From contig CAYGAN010000016.1 of the NCBI GenBank assembly GCA_964347585.1, positions 3,614-39,327 on the forward strand: a stretch of 35,714 bases of DNA. Direction: 5' to 3'. The DNA is from an uncultured Planctomycetales bacterium. Its GTDB lineage: Bacteria > Planctomycetota > Phycisphaerae > UBA1845 > CAYGAN01. The position numbers and the translations under genes are program-made. This document shows positions 7,397 to 14,867 of this stretch, in pieces. The notes under the pieces are model-generated. The model made no database searches. It had not been told where the DNA came from and saw nothing but the letters and a program-made list of their open reading frames with translations. Within the stretch, counting starts at the first letter, position 1. Each line of letters starts with the position of its first letter.

Positions 7397-8527
7397 CTAG
7401 TCGCGCTCAGCGGGGCGTGCCTGAGCGATGCGCGTCGCCGTCTCGGCGACGGCGACGGCCTCGCGCGCGTCGGTGGCGGCAAGACGCGGCGTATGACCGG
7501 GCTGGTCCAAGGCATCAAGCTGGTCCAGCAGCAGCGAGCGCACAAGGCCGGCATAAACCGACCCCCGCTCCTCGGTAAGCACACGTCCCAATTCAATCCG
7601 AGCGGCAACCTGATATTCGTTTCCGCGTCCGCGGCAATGCCGGCTCGGGCCGTGATAGGTATCCAGCACAGTCAGCTTTGCCTGCGGGCACATCTCAACA
7701 AGCCGCTCGCGCCCCCCGTCGTTGACGAGACCGTGAACGTGAAGCGCCATGGGTACCCAACCCACCACACGCACGTCCCCGCGCTCAAAAAGGATCCGAT
7801 GATCGGATCGATCCAGGCGCAACGGTTGATCGAAGCCGTGATAGTGGTGGACCAGAACCCCGCCTTCGTAACGAATCGTACACCAGGCACGATCCACTTG
7901 ACCGCTGCCCGGGCGTGGCTCGATCCCTGCCGCTGTAATCGTTCCCGAGCCGAACCACCAACGGTACAGGTCGAAGAAGTGCACGCCGTGTTCGATGAAA
8001 ATCCCTCCGCTCAGGGCGGCGTCCCAGAACCAGTGGGTCGCAGGCAGGCGTTCATCTTCAGCGTAGTTCTCGAAGATCGCATGAAGCGGCCGGCCCAGAA
8101 CGCCGCTGCGTACAATTGCTTTGACCACCTTCAAAAGGGGGCTGTAGCGAAGGACATGATTCACAGCCAGATGGACCTTGCGTTCTCTGGCTGCAGCAAG
8201 CACCTCATCCGCCTGACAGGCGTTTAGCGCCAGCGGCTTTTCGCATAACACGTGCTTACCAGCGCGAACGGCGATCATCGCCAGCTCGTAATGCGTGGCC
8301 GGTGGCGTGGCGATGTGCACCAGCTCAACGTCCCTGCGGCGGATCAGTTCCTCGGGCGTATCACAGCAGGCTAGCCCCCGCGCGTTGGCGGCGGCCTCGG
8401 CAGAAGCCGACACCATGTCGGCGACGGCGACCGGCTCTACGCGCGGCTCGCGCGACAGCAAGTCGAGGCACCACACGCCGAACCTGCCGCATCCGACCAA
8501 ACCATAGCGCCATGTATGGAGCGCCAT
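7397..8527 (-). CDS. Gfo/Idh/MocA-family NAD(P)-dependent oxidoreductase
   Basis: Rossmann start RYGLVGCGRFG, then VHIATPPATHYELAMIAVRAGKHVLCEKPLA, the family's EKP motif. Start moved to ATG 8527 (MALHTWRYGLVGCG). The stop lies 3 nt from the convergent FabZ-like stop. Confidence 0.85.
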   Translation of the reverse strand: MALHTWRYGLVGCGRFGVWCLDLLSREPRVEPVAVADMVSASAEAAANARGLACCDTPEELIRRRDVELVHIATPPATHYELAMIAVRAGKHVLCEKPLALNACQADEVLAAARERKVHLAVNHVLRYSPLLKVVKAIVRSGVLGRPLHAIFENYAEDERLPATHWFWDAALSGGIFIEHGVHFFDLYRWWFGSGTITAAGIEPRPGSGQVDRAWCTIRYEGGVLVHHYHGFDQPLRLDRSDHRILFERGDVRVVGWVPMALHVHGLVNDGGRERLVEMCPQAKLTVLDTYHGPSRHCRGRGNEYQVAARIELGRVLTEERGSVYAGLVRSLLLDQLDALDQPGHTPRLAATDAREAVAVAETATRIAQARPAERD

Positions 8528-8811
8528 GCGGGATAGGACCGTTCCATTCCGGGCTCCCTGCCGGGCACACACTGCCAAGCCGAGCCCTGACACGCATTGC
8601 CAACCAAGGTGCCTGCTTCATACTACAGGCCAAGCGAAAACGCGTCAAATGGCTCAGCGACAGACATAGGAGCCAATAACGTATGGCTGGCTTCTTACGA
8701 ACAGATCTAGCAATGCAGTCGCTGCGCGAACAGTTGGACCCGCCACCCACACAGCACGGCATGCGGGGGCGAGCCAGCCCGTCCTAGAGCCCGAATAATC
8801 GAAGTTTCTTC

Positions 8812-8840
8812 TTGCATAAGCGAGAGGGGGACCTTACTCT
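8812..8840 (+). promoter_or_regulatory. Candidate sigma70-type promoter for the zinc-finger gene
   Basis: TTGCAT (8812-8817), a 17-nt spacer, then TACTCT (8835-8840), about 60 nt upstream of ATG 8899. This is pattern matching only. Confidence 0.25.
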
Positions 8841-8898
8841 AACGGTCAGAATCTTCTGGATTCCCTCTGTACGAATAAAATGGCGAAGGGAGTATCTT

Positions 8899-9201
8899 AT
8901 GGCAAAGCGCAAGAGACGCGTGGTCAAGGGCCAATATGTCTGTGAAGACTGCGGCAAGAGATTCAGTATGCCGGCCCATCTGGGTAGGCACAGAGCTAGC
9001 ATGCACGGCGCGCGCAGAGCAAAAGGCAAGAAAGGCAAGAAGGTCCGAAAGCCGACTCGCGGGCGGATTGGTCGGCCGCCAGGGATCGTGTCGCGTTTGG
9101 GGTTGCGCGAGATGTCGCTTGAGCAACTCAGTGAGGTCATCGAGGCGGCCAAGGGCGAAGCACGCCGGCGTCTGGCGGCTATGCAGGAAACATTCAAGTA
9201 G
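8899..9201 (+). CDS. Small basic protein with a single classical C2H2 zinc finger
   Basis: ATG 8899 with GAAGGGAG 7 nt upstream. Sequence begins MAKRKRRVVKGQYVCEDCGKRFSMPAHLGRHRASMH, which is C-x2-C-x12-H-x4-H (8941-9006). It continues with a KGKKGKKVRKPTRGR basic tract and a helical C-terminus. Confidence 0.65.
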   Translation: MAKRKRRVVKGQYVCEDCGKRFSMPAHLGRHRASMHGARRAKGKKGKKVRKPTRGRIGRPPGIVSRLGLREMSLEQLSEVIEAAKGEARRRLAAMQETFK

Positions 9202-9284
9202 CGCCTAGCGCCCGACCGCACGCAGTCCGGGAAACCAGCGGGGGAGCGCGTCCTTGAGCGCGTTGCAACTGCGAGGAAGCGCCG

Positions 9285-9848
9285 ATGGCCGTTCCGGCGG
9301 AACTCAAGCGCGGGATGGTACTCCGGCACGAGGGCGGCATCTACGTGGTCGTGGACTATGTGGAGAGCAAGAGCGGCAAGCAGAAGGGGACCGTCCACGT
9401 TACGCTGCGCGAGTTGGCAACCGGTCGAATGGTCGATCGATCTTTAGCCGAGCTGGGCAAACTGGCCGAGGCAGCAAGTCAGTTGAGGCCGATGCAGTAT
9501 CTCTACGCCGCCGGCGATGAGCATGTCTTTATGGACAGCCAGACGTACGAGCAGGTCAGCTTCTCCGCAGAGCGACTTGCGCATCTGCTGGACTTTCTGG
9601 TGATCGAGCAAGAGTACCGTGTGCTGACCGTTGAGGACCGCGCGGTAAGCGTGCAAGTGCCGGACCAAGTCGCCCTGGAGGTATCGGAGACCGCCTCGCC
9701 GGCACACATGGGGGGCACCGGCTCGAACGTGTACAAGGAAGCAAAGCTAGAGACGGGTATGACCGTCCTCGTACCCCTGTTCATCAAGACAGGGGACCGC
9801 ATCCGCGTGGACACCCAACGTCGAGAGTACGCCGGCAAGGAGACGTAA
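9285..9848 (+). CDS. efp: Translation elongation factor P
   Basis: 187 aa with GAGGAAG before the ATG. The sequence fits EF-P along its length: KRGMVLRHEGGIYVVVDY, YLYAAGDEHVFMDSQTYEQ and VPLFIKTGDRIRVDTQRREYAGK. Confidence 0.85.
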   Translation: MAVPAELKRGMVLRHEGGIYVVVDYVESKSGKQKGTVHVTLRELATGRMVDRSLAELGKLAEAASQLRPMQYLYAAGDEHVFMDSQTYEQVSFSAERLAHLLDFLVIEQEYRVLTVEDRAVSVQVPDQVALEVSETASPAHMGGTGSNVYKEAKLETGMTVLVPLFIKTGDRIRVDTQRREYAGKET

Positions 9849-9857
9849 TTCTGGTCG

Positions 9858-9880
9858 CGGCGGCCCGCGCTCGGCCGCCG
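9858..9880. terminator. GC-rich hairpin between convergent efp and uvrC (candidate bidirectional terminator)
   Basis: cggcggcc - cgcgctc - ggccgccg: an 8-bp perfect stem with a 7-nt loop. An ATTTTG lies a few nt downstream on the + strand. Confidence 0.35.
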
Positions 9881-9908
9881 GGCAGCGGACCATTTTGTCA
9901 CCACGTGG

Positions 9909-11318
9909 TCAGTCGGTGCCCTTGGCCGACGCATCAGCGTCGTGCCCGGACTCCGGCTGGCGCCCCGGCGAGTGCAGGTCTTGGTCGAAAGTCCTCTTGC
10001 GACGGAGAATGTGGTGATAGTGTTGGGCAAAGCGGTGGGCTTCGTCGCGGACCTGCTGGAGTAGTCGCAGAGCTTCGTTGTTGCGCGAAAGCTTGACCGG
10101 TTTGCTCCGGGCCTGCACGTAGATCTCTTCCTCGCGCTTGGCCAGTGAAAGGACCATAGGTGGCCTGATATCCATCTGCGCGAAGGCCTCAAGGGCGGCG
10201 TGCAGATGCCCCAGGCCGCCATCGATCAGGATTACGTCCGGATAGATCTCTTCGCCCTCGGCCGCCCGACGGTACCGACGAAGCACGACCTCGCGAATCA
10301 TCGCGTAGTCGTCAACGCCCTCTACGCTGCGGATCTTGAACTGTCTGTAGCCGCTCTTGAGCGGCTTGCCGTCAATGAAGCACACGAGCGAGCCGCATGA
10401 CTCGCCGCCGTGCAGGTTCGCAATGTCTATGCCCTCGATAATCCGTGGCGCGACGTCCATGTCGAGCAGTTGGCCGAGCCTTTCGAGCCCCTTGGCTGGA
10501 TCGACGTAAAAGACCTCCGGCTGGATGTCCTCGGCCACGTCCCCGGACAAGGACAGCGCCTCGATGGCTTTGATCTGATCACGCAGATGCGCGGCATCTT
10601 CGAATCGCAGCTCGGCGGCGGCTTGGGCCATCTCGCTACGCATCTGTCTCAGGACAACGCTCCGCTTCGAACCCAGGAACTTCTTGAAGCGGTCGATGTC
10701 CTTTCTGTAACTTGCCTTGCTGATCAGGGCTGCGCAGGGCGCGGTGCACTGGCCGATCGAGTAGAGAAGGCACGGCCGAAAGAACCGGCGCTTCTCGTCA
10801 TCCTCCCGAATGTCGAGCCTGCAGGTACGGAACTTGAAAACCTTTTGGAGGGCATTGACGGCGTCGCGAAGGCCGGCAGCCGATGTGAACGGACCGTACA
10901 GCTTGCTGCCTTTGATGCGCGGCTCGCGGGTGACGTACACGCCCGGGAAATCCTCACGCGTGGTGATCTCCAAGTACGGGAACGTCTTGTCGTCGCGGAG
11001 GCGTTCATTGAAGGGCGGTTGGACGTCCTTGATAAGGCGATTCTCCTGCAGCAGCGCATCCACCTCGGTCTCGCAGTCGAGAAAGTCGATATCGACGACC
11101 TGGGCGGCCATGTGAGCGATTTCCGGGCCGCGGGTGCTGAGCAGGTCGGCTGAGTTCTGGAAATAGCTGCTCACTCGGCTTCGCAGATCCTTGGCCTTGC
11201 CGACGTAGAGCACCCGGCCTCGGCTGTCTTTCATAAGATACACACCGGGGGTCTTGGGAAAGTGCCGGATTCTCGCTTGCAACGCCTCAATTCGCTGTCG
11301 GTCGGTCTGGGGAGCCAT
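9909..11318 (-). CDS. uvrC: Excinuclease ABC subunit C, short form lacking the C-terminal (HhH)2 domain
   Basis: GIY-YIG domain (GVYLMKDSRGRVLYVGKAKDLRSRVSSYF), UVR motif (ELRFEDAAHLRDQIKAIE), and endonuclease V-like/RNase H-like domain (IDIANLHGGESCGSLVCF...PDVILIDGG...HRFAQHYH). It ends 27 aa after RRKR. Confidence 0.9.
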   Translation of the reverse strand: MAPQTDRQRIEALQARIRHFPKTPGVYLMKDSRGRVLYVGKAKDLRSRVSSYFQNSADLLSTRGPEIAHMAAQVVDIDFLDCETEVDALLQENRLIKDVQPPFNERLRDDKTFPYLEITTREDFPGVYVTREPRIKGSKLYGPFTSAAGLRDAVNALQKVFKFRTCRLDIREDDEKRRFFRPCLLYSIGQCTAPCAALISKASYRKDIDRFKKFLGSKRSVVLRQMRSEMAQAAAELRFEDAAHLRDQIKAIEALSLSGDVAEDIQPEVFYVDPAKGLERLGQLLDMDVAPRIIEGIDIANLHGGESCGSLVCFIDGKPLKSGYRQFKIRSVEGVDDYAMIREVVLRRYRRAAEGEEIYPDVILIDGGLGHLHAALEAFAQMDIRPPMVLSLAKREEEIYVQARSKPVKLSRNNEALRLLQQVRDEAHRFAQHYHHILRRKRTFDQDLHSPGRQPESGHDADASAKGTD

Positions 11319-11326
11319 ATCACTGT

Positions 11327-11332
11327 ATTATA
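11327..11332 (-). promoter_or_regulatory. Perfect TATAAT hexamer 8 nt upstream of the uvrC ATG (candidate -10 of a leaderless or near-leaderless transcript)
   Basis: The minus strand reads gcTATAATacagtgatATG. I found no convincing -35. Confidence 0.3.
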
Positions 11333-11624
11333 GCGGGCCACGCCGGCCACAGATGCCGACTTGCCGATCGCACAGCGGCGCGGTAAGGAGCAGCCAAGTC
11401 GCGCGTAACGATGGCGGAGCGGCGCGCCTGGAATAGCCGGCACGTCGGTCATTCAGGCTGGCGAGTGCATGAGCGGACGGACACGGGAAGCAAAGGTCAA
11501 GAAGCTCGCCCCCTGGTATAACCTGGGCCGTCTTCGAGCCAGGCCGAGCGCCGTCACGTTTGGCATTCGCTGACCATGCGTCATCGGTTTTGGAGGGCGT
11601 GGCATAGTCACCGACGCAGGACAA

Positions 11625-12863
11625 ATGAACGCCATCGCGTTCAACATCAACCCCACGCGGTGGTTGGCGTGCCGTGGCCTCGGCGGGATCTGGCCCGGGG
11701 TCTTCTGGTCGTCGCTGTCGGGCCTGCGTCTGGTGCGCGTGCCGATACCGTCTCTGCCGGGTGACGACTGGGTCCGGCTCAAGACCCGGCTGGGCGGCGT
11801 CTGCGGCAGCGACGTGATGACCATCACGCTCCGGCACCATCCGGCCTCGTTCTTCCGATCGCTTGCTGAGTTTCCCGTACTGATCGGGCACGAAAACGTT
11901 GCCGTAGTTGACCAGGTCGGCCCGGGCGTTCACAACTGGCGCCCCGGCGATCGCGTGTGTGTGGAACCGACGCTCTCGTGCCGACCGCGCGGAATTGCTC
12001 CGGCCTGCCCGCGCTGCACGGCCGGCCAGATCAGTGTCTGCGAGAATTTCACGACCGGACCGCTCCCCCCGGGGACGATGGTGGGATGGAATTCGTTCAC
12101 AGGCGGAAGCTGGAGCCAATACTTCGTCGCCCACGAATCGCAACTGTTCCGCATTCCGGATTCGATCCCCGACGAGGTCGCAATCCTGACCGATCCGGTT
12201 GCGTGCGCGGTACACGGGGTGTTGCGGCGCGTTCCGGCGGACGACGAGCGCGCATTGGTGATAGGTAGCGGAATTCTGTCGCTGGCCACGCTGGCTGGGA
12301 TTCGCGCCCTCGGATCACGCGCAAGGGTGGCCTCACTGATCCGATACGAACACCGACGGGAGCTTACACGCCGGTTCGGAGCGGACGAAGTGGTGTGCTC
12401 CGGGCGCAACGAGCCGAGCGCCGCCAGGTATGATCGGATCGCAGCGATGGTCGGGGGCACCCGCGTGCCGGGAAGGTTCGGCAATCAGGGCATGCTCGGG
12501 GGTTTCGACGTAGTGTACGACTGCGTGGGCACCGGTTCGAGCATGACGGACGCGATCAAGTTCGCGCGTGCCCGAGGCACAGTCGTTGAACTCGGTACTT
12601 CGCAGATCGCCGTGGTCGATACGACCCCCCTGTGGTTCGCGGAACTGGAATTGCTCGGGTGCTACGGTCGGCAGATAGAGAACTTCGATGGCCGACGGAT
12701 GCATACCTACGAACTGGTCTTCGAGCTGATCGAGCAGGGCAAGCTGCGACTAGACGGGCTGCTAACACATCGGTTCCGGCTCAGGGACTACAAACAAGCG
12801 CTGACAATGGCGGCACATCACGGCCAGAGCGGGTTGGTCAAGGCGGCATTCGTACACGATTGA
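11625..12863 (+). CDS. Zinc-dependent medium-chain alcohol/polyol dehydrogenase family protein
   Basis: GVCGSD (catalytic Cys), GHENVAVV (GHE), a structural-zinc Cys cluster CPRCTAGQISVCENF, a Rossmann region VIGSGILSL, and AGGA before the ATG. Confidence 0.85.
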   Translation: MNAIAFNINPTRWLACRGLGGIWPGVFWSSLSGLRLVRVPIPSLPGDDWVRLKTRLGGVCGSDVMTITLRHHPASFFRSLAEFPVLIGHENVAVVDQVGPGVHNWRPGDRVCVEPTLSCRPRGIAPACPRCTAGQISVCENFTTGPLPPGTMVGWNSFTGGSWSQYFVAHESQLFRIPDSIPDEVAILTDPVACAVHGVLRRVPADDERALVIGSGILSLATLAGIRALGSRARVASLIRYEHRRELTRRFGADEVVCSGRNEPSAARYDRIAAMVGGTRVPGRFGNQGMLGGFDVVYDCVGTGSSMTDAIKFARARGTVVELGTSQIAVVDTTPLWFAELELLGCYGRQIENFDGRRMHTYELVFELIEQGKLRLDGLLTHRFRLRDYKQALTMAAHHGQSGLVKAAFVHD

Positions 12864-12935
12864 CGCCAGCGCCTCCCAGCGCGGACGCAAATCCCGGACC
12901 GGAGAACAGTGCGCCTTGTCTGGCATGCCGGATGG

Positions 12936-13997
12936 CTAACCATGGCGTGACGGTAAGATCAGCATGGCATCCCCGTAACTGTAGAACCGATATCTCATGT
13001 CGATCGCCTCACGGTAGGCTCCCAGGATACGTTCGCGGCCGCCAAAGGCAAAGACCAGCGCGAGCAACGTGCTCCGCGGCAGATGAAAGTTCGTCAGCAG
13101 CCCGTCCGCTCCGCGAACACGATGGGGCGGGCAGATGAACAGATCGGTCCAGCCGCTACCCGGCGAGACGACGCCCGTCGCATCACAGCAGGACTCCAGG
13201 GCCCGCAGGCAGCTGGTGCCGACCGCGATGACCCACCTGCCCCGGCGCCGGGCCAGGTCGATGATCTGTGCGGTTTCGGCCGGCAGATCAAACCACTCCG
13301 CGTGCATGGTGTGTTCCTCGACGCGATCGGCGATGATCGATTGGAAGGTGCCAAGCCCGATGTGCAGCGTGAGCTTGGCGACGGCCACATCCATCGCCGC
13401 CAATTCCGACAACATCGCCTCAGTGAAATGCAGCCCTGCAGTCGGGGCCGCGACGGCGCCAGGGCGCGCGGCATAAACGGTTTGGTATCGCTGGCGATCC
13501 TGCTTGGCCACGTCGCCGCTGACAGTCGCAGGACGCTTGATATAAGGCGGCAAGGGGGTGCGGCCAACTTGTCGAAGTATCATTGCAGCGTCGCCCGGTG
13601 CGTCCAGCGCTACCAGCCACCGGCCGCGTCCCAGCGGCTCAGTCAAGCGGAACACGTGACCCGAGCCGAGCAGGTCCAGTGTCTCGCCGGATCGCAGTTG
13701 CCCCCGGCTGTTGAGCAAGACCTCCCAATCTCCCTGCGCCAGCTCGCGCAAGAACAAACCGTCCACGTGTCCACCAGCCTTGCGGCGGGCGGAGAAGCCG
13801 GCCGGCACGACACGCGTGTCGTTCACCACCAGCACGTCGCCCTGCCGCAGCCAATCCCCGAGCCGGCGGAATACAGTGTGCGCGTTATCGGGCCGATCTC
13901 CGGCAACGACCAGCAGACGCGACTCGTCTCGCTTAGGCAGCGGATGCTGAGCGATCAACGCAGGCGGCAGGTCGTAATCAAGATCGCCGAGTTCCAC
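12936..13997 (-). CDS. queA: S-adenosylmethionine:tRNA ribosyltransferase-isomerase
   Basis: LDYDLPPALIAQHP, RLLVV, TPLPPYIKR, YQTVYA, GAVAAPTAGLHFT, LHIGLGTFQ, AVGTSCLRALES, LLTNFHLPRSTLLALV and YRFYSYGDAMLI. GTG start. Confidence 0.95.
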   Translation of the reverse strand: MELGDLDYDLPPALIAQHPLPKRDESRLLVVAGDRPDNAHTVFRRLGDWLRQGDVLVVNDTRVVPAGFSARRKAGGHVDGLFLRELAQGDWEVLLNSRGQLRSGETLDLLGSGHVFRLTEPLGRGRWLVALDAPGDAAMILRQVGRTPLPPYIKRPATVSGDVAKQDRQRYQTVYAARPGAVAAPTAGLHFTEAMLSELAAMDVAVAKLTLHIGLGTFQSIIADRVEEHTMHAEWFDLPAETAQIIDLARRRGRWVIAVGTSCLRALESCCDATGVVSPGSGWTDLFICPPHRVRGADGLLTNFHLPRSTLLALVFAFGGRERILGAYREAIDMRYRFYSYGDAMLILPSRHG

Positions 13998-14562
13998 GCG
14001 CTCTGTGAGCCTTTCCTCTGCAACCGCCAGATCCGTACCTTCCCGCGCCGAAGCAAGACACGCTCAAGCTAGCCGCCGGTACCAGGCCCGTCCAGTAAGA
14101 GTGACAACATTGCACCCATTGCGGACCTGCAGGCCAGGACGAACCCCTCGCTTCCCCACGTCCATCTGGCCCCCGGCCTTTCTCACATGCCCGAACAGCA
14201 ACGGGTATAGGACCCCTCGATCGCAATTGTGCACGCCCGGCTGGCAGGCGATTGACGCCGCCAACAACCCTTTTCCCAAGTCCGTGGCCGGGGCTGCTTG
14301 TCATGCGCCGTCGGCCGCTAGAGCTGCGCTCATGCGATCGCGAAAGGCATCTCGGTCCTGCCATTGCCGCCACGCCTTGGCCGGTAGGTCGCCTGTCCCC
14401 AGACCGACACATCGCCTCGGGCGCAAGCGAAAACCACGCCTGCCGGGCCTGCCCGTTGACTGGGCGCATAGAATTGTATGGATGGCAGGGCAACCCATAC
14501 CATGAAGAAAGGGCCCGCCCACACGCGGGGTAAGCACCGGGTATCTGAGTGGAGGGAGAAGC

Positions 14563-14784
14563 ATGCGGAACGAACCAGATCGCTTGAATGCCGGGCAACT
14601 CGTCTCGCGGGTTTGTTCGCTTGACCGTAGCGCACTAACTCAGGAACTCCTCGGGTTCCAAGGGCACTTCAAGCTGGATTTCACCGAGGAGTTCCTTTCG
14701 CGACTGTCGATCGGCCGACTGCGGCATATCCTGCTGGCGGCTTGGCTCTGCGGCCGGAGCCGCCGCCCGCGACGGACCAGCTGA
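14563..14784 (+). CDS. Small hypothetical protein (73 aa)
   Basis: ATG preceded by GGAGGGAG (14551-14558). The first ~60 aa have balanced, non-shadow-like composition (DRSALTQELLGFQGHFKLDFTEEFLSRLSIGRLRHILLAAWL). I recognise no family. Confidence 0.4.
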   Translation: MRNEPDRLNAGQLVSRVCSLDRSALTQELLGFQGHFKLDFTEEFLSRLSIGRLRHILLAAWLCGRSRRPRRTS

Positions 14785-14867
14785 CTCTTCGGCATCGGCG
14801 TCCGTGCCCGCGGCCGCCTCCCCTGCCGGCATCGCATGTGTTGGATATCCGTCCGCGGCTCGATAGA

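Noticed and set aside
11555-11575. Sigma-54-like TGGCAT..TGAC upstream of the alcohol dehydrogenase gene
   Set aside because: The GG and GC dinucleotides are not at the required -24/-12 spacing.
14279-14300. 10-nt identity (AGTCCGTGGC) to a segment of E. coli RNase P RNA, raising the possibility of an rnpB gene in the long gap
   Set aside because: The universally conserved GAGGAAAGUCCGGGC and ACAGAAcccGGCUUA regions are absent on both strands.
14525-14610. Possible TPP (THI-box) riboswitch: GGGGTAAGC..CTGAG..GAACCAGATCGCTTGAATGCCGGGC resembles GGGGUGC..CUGAGA..ACCUGAUCUGGAUAAUGCCAGCG
   Set aside because: The P3 hairpin and the ACCC strand that must pair with GGGG are missing. A strong SD plus ATG sits in the middle of the element. 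No thiamine-related gene follows.
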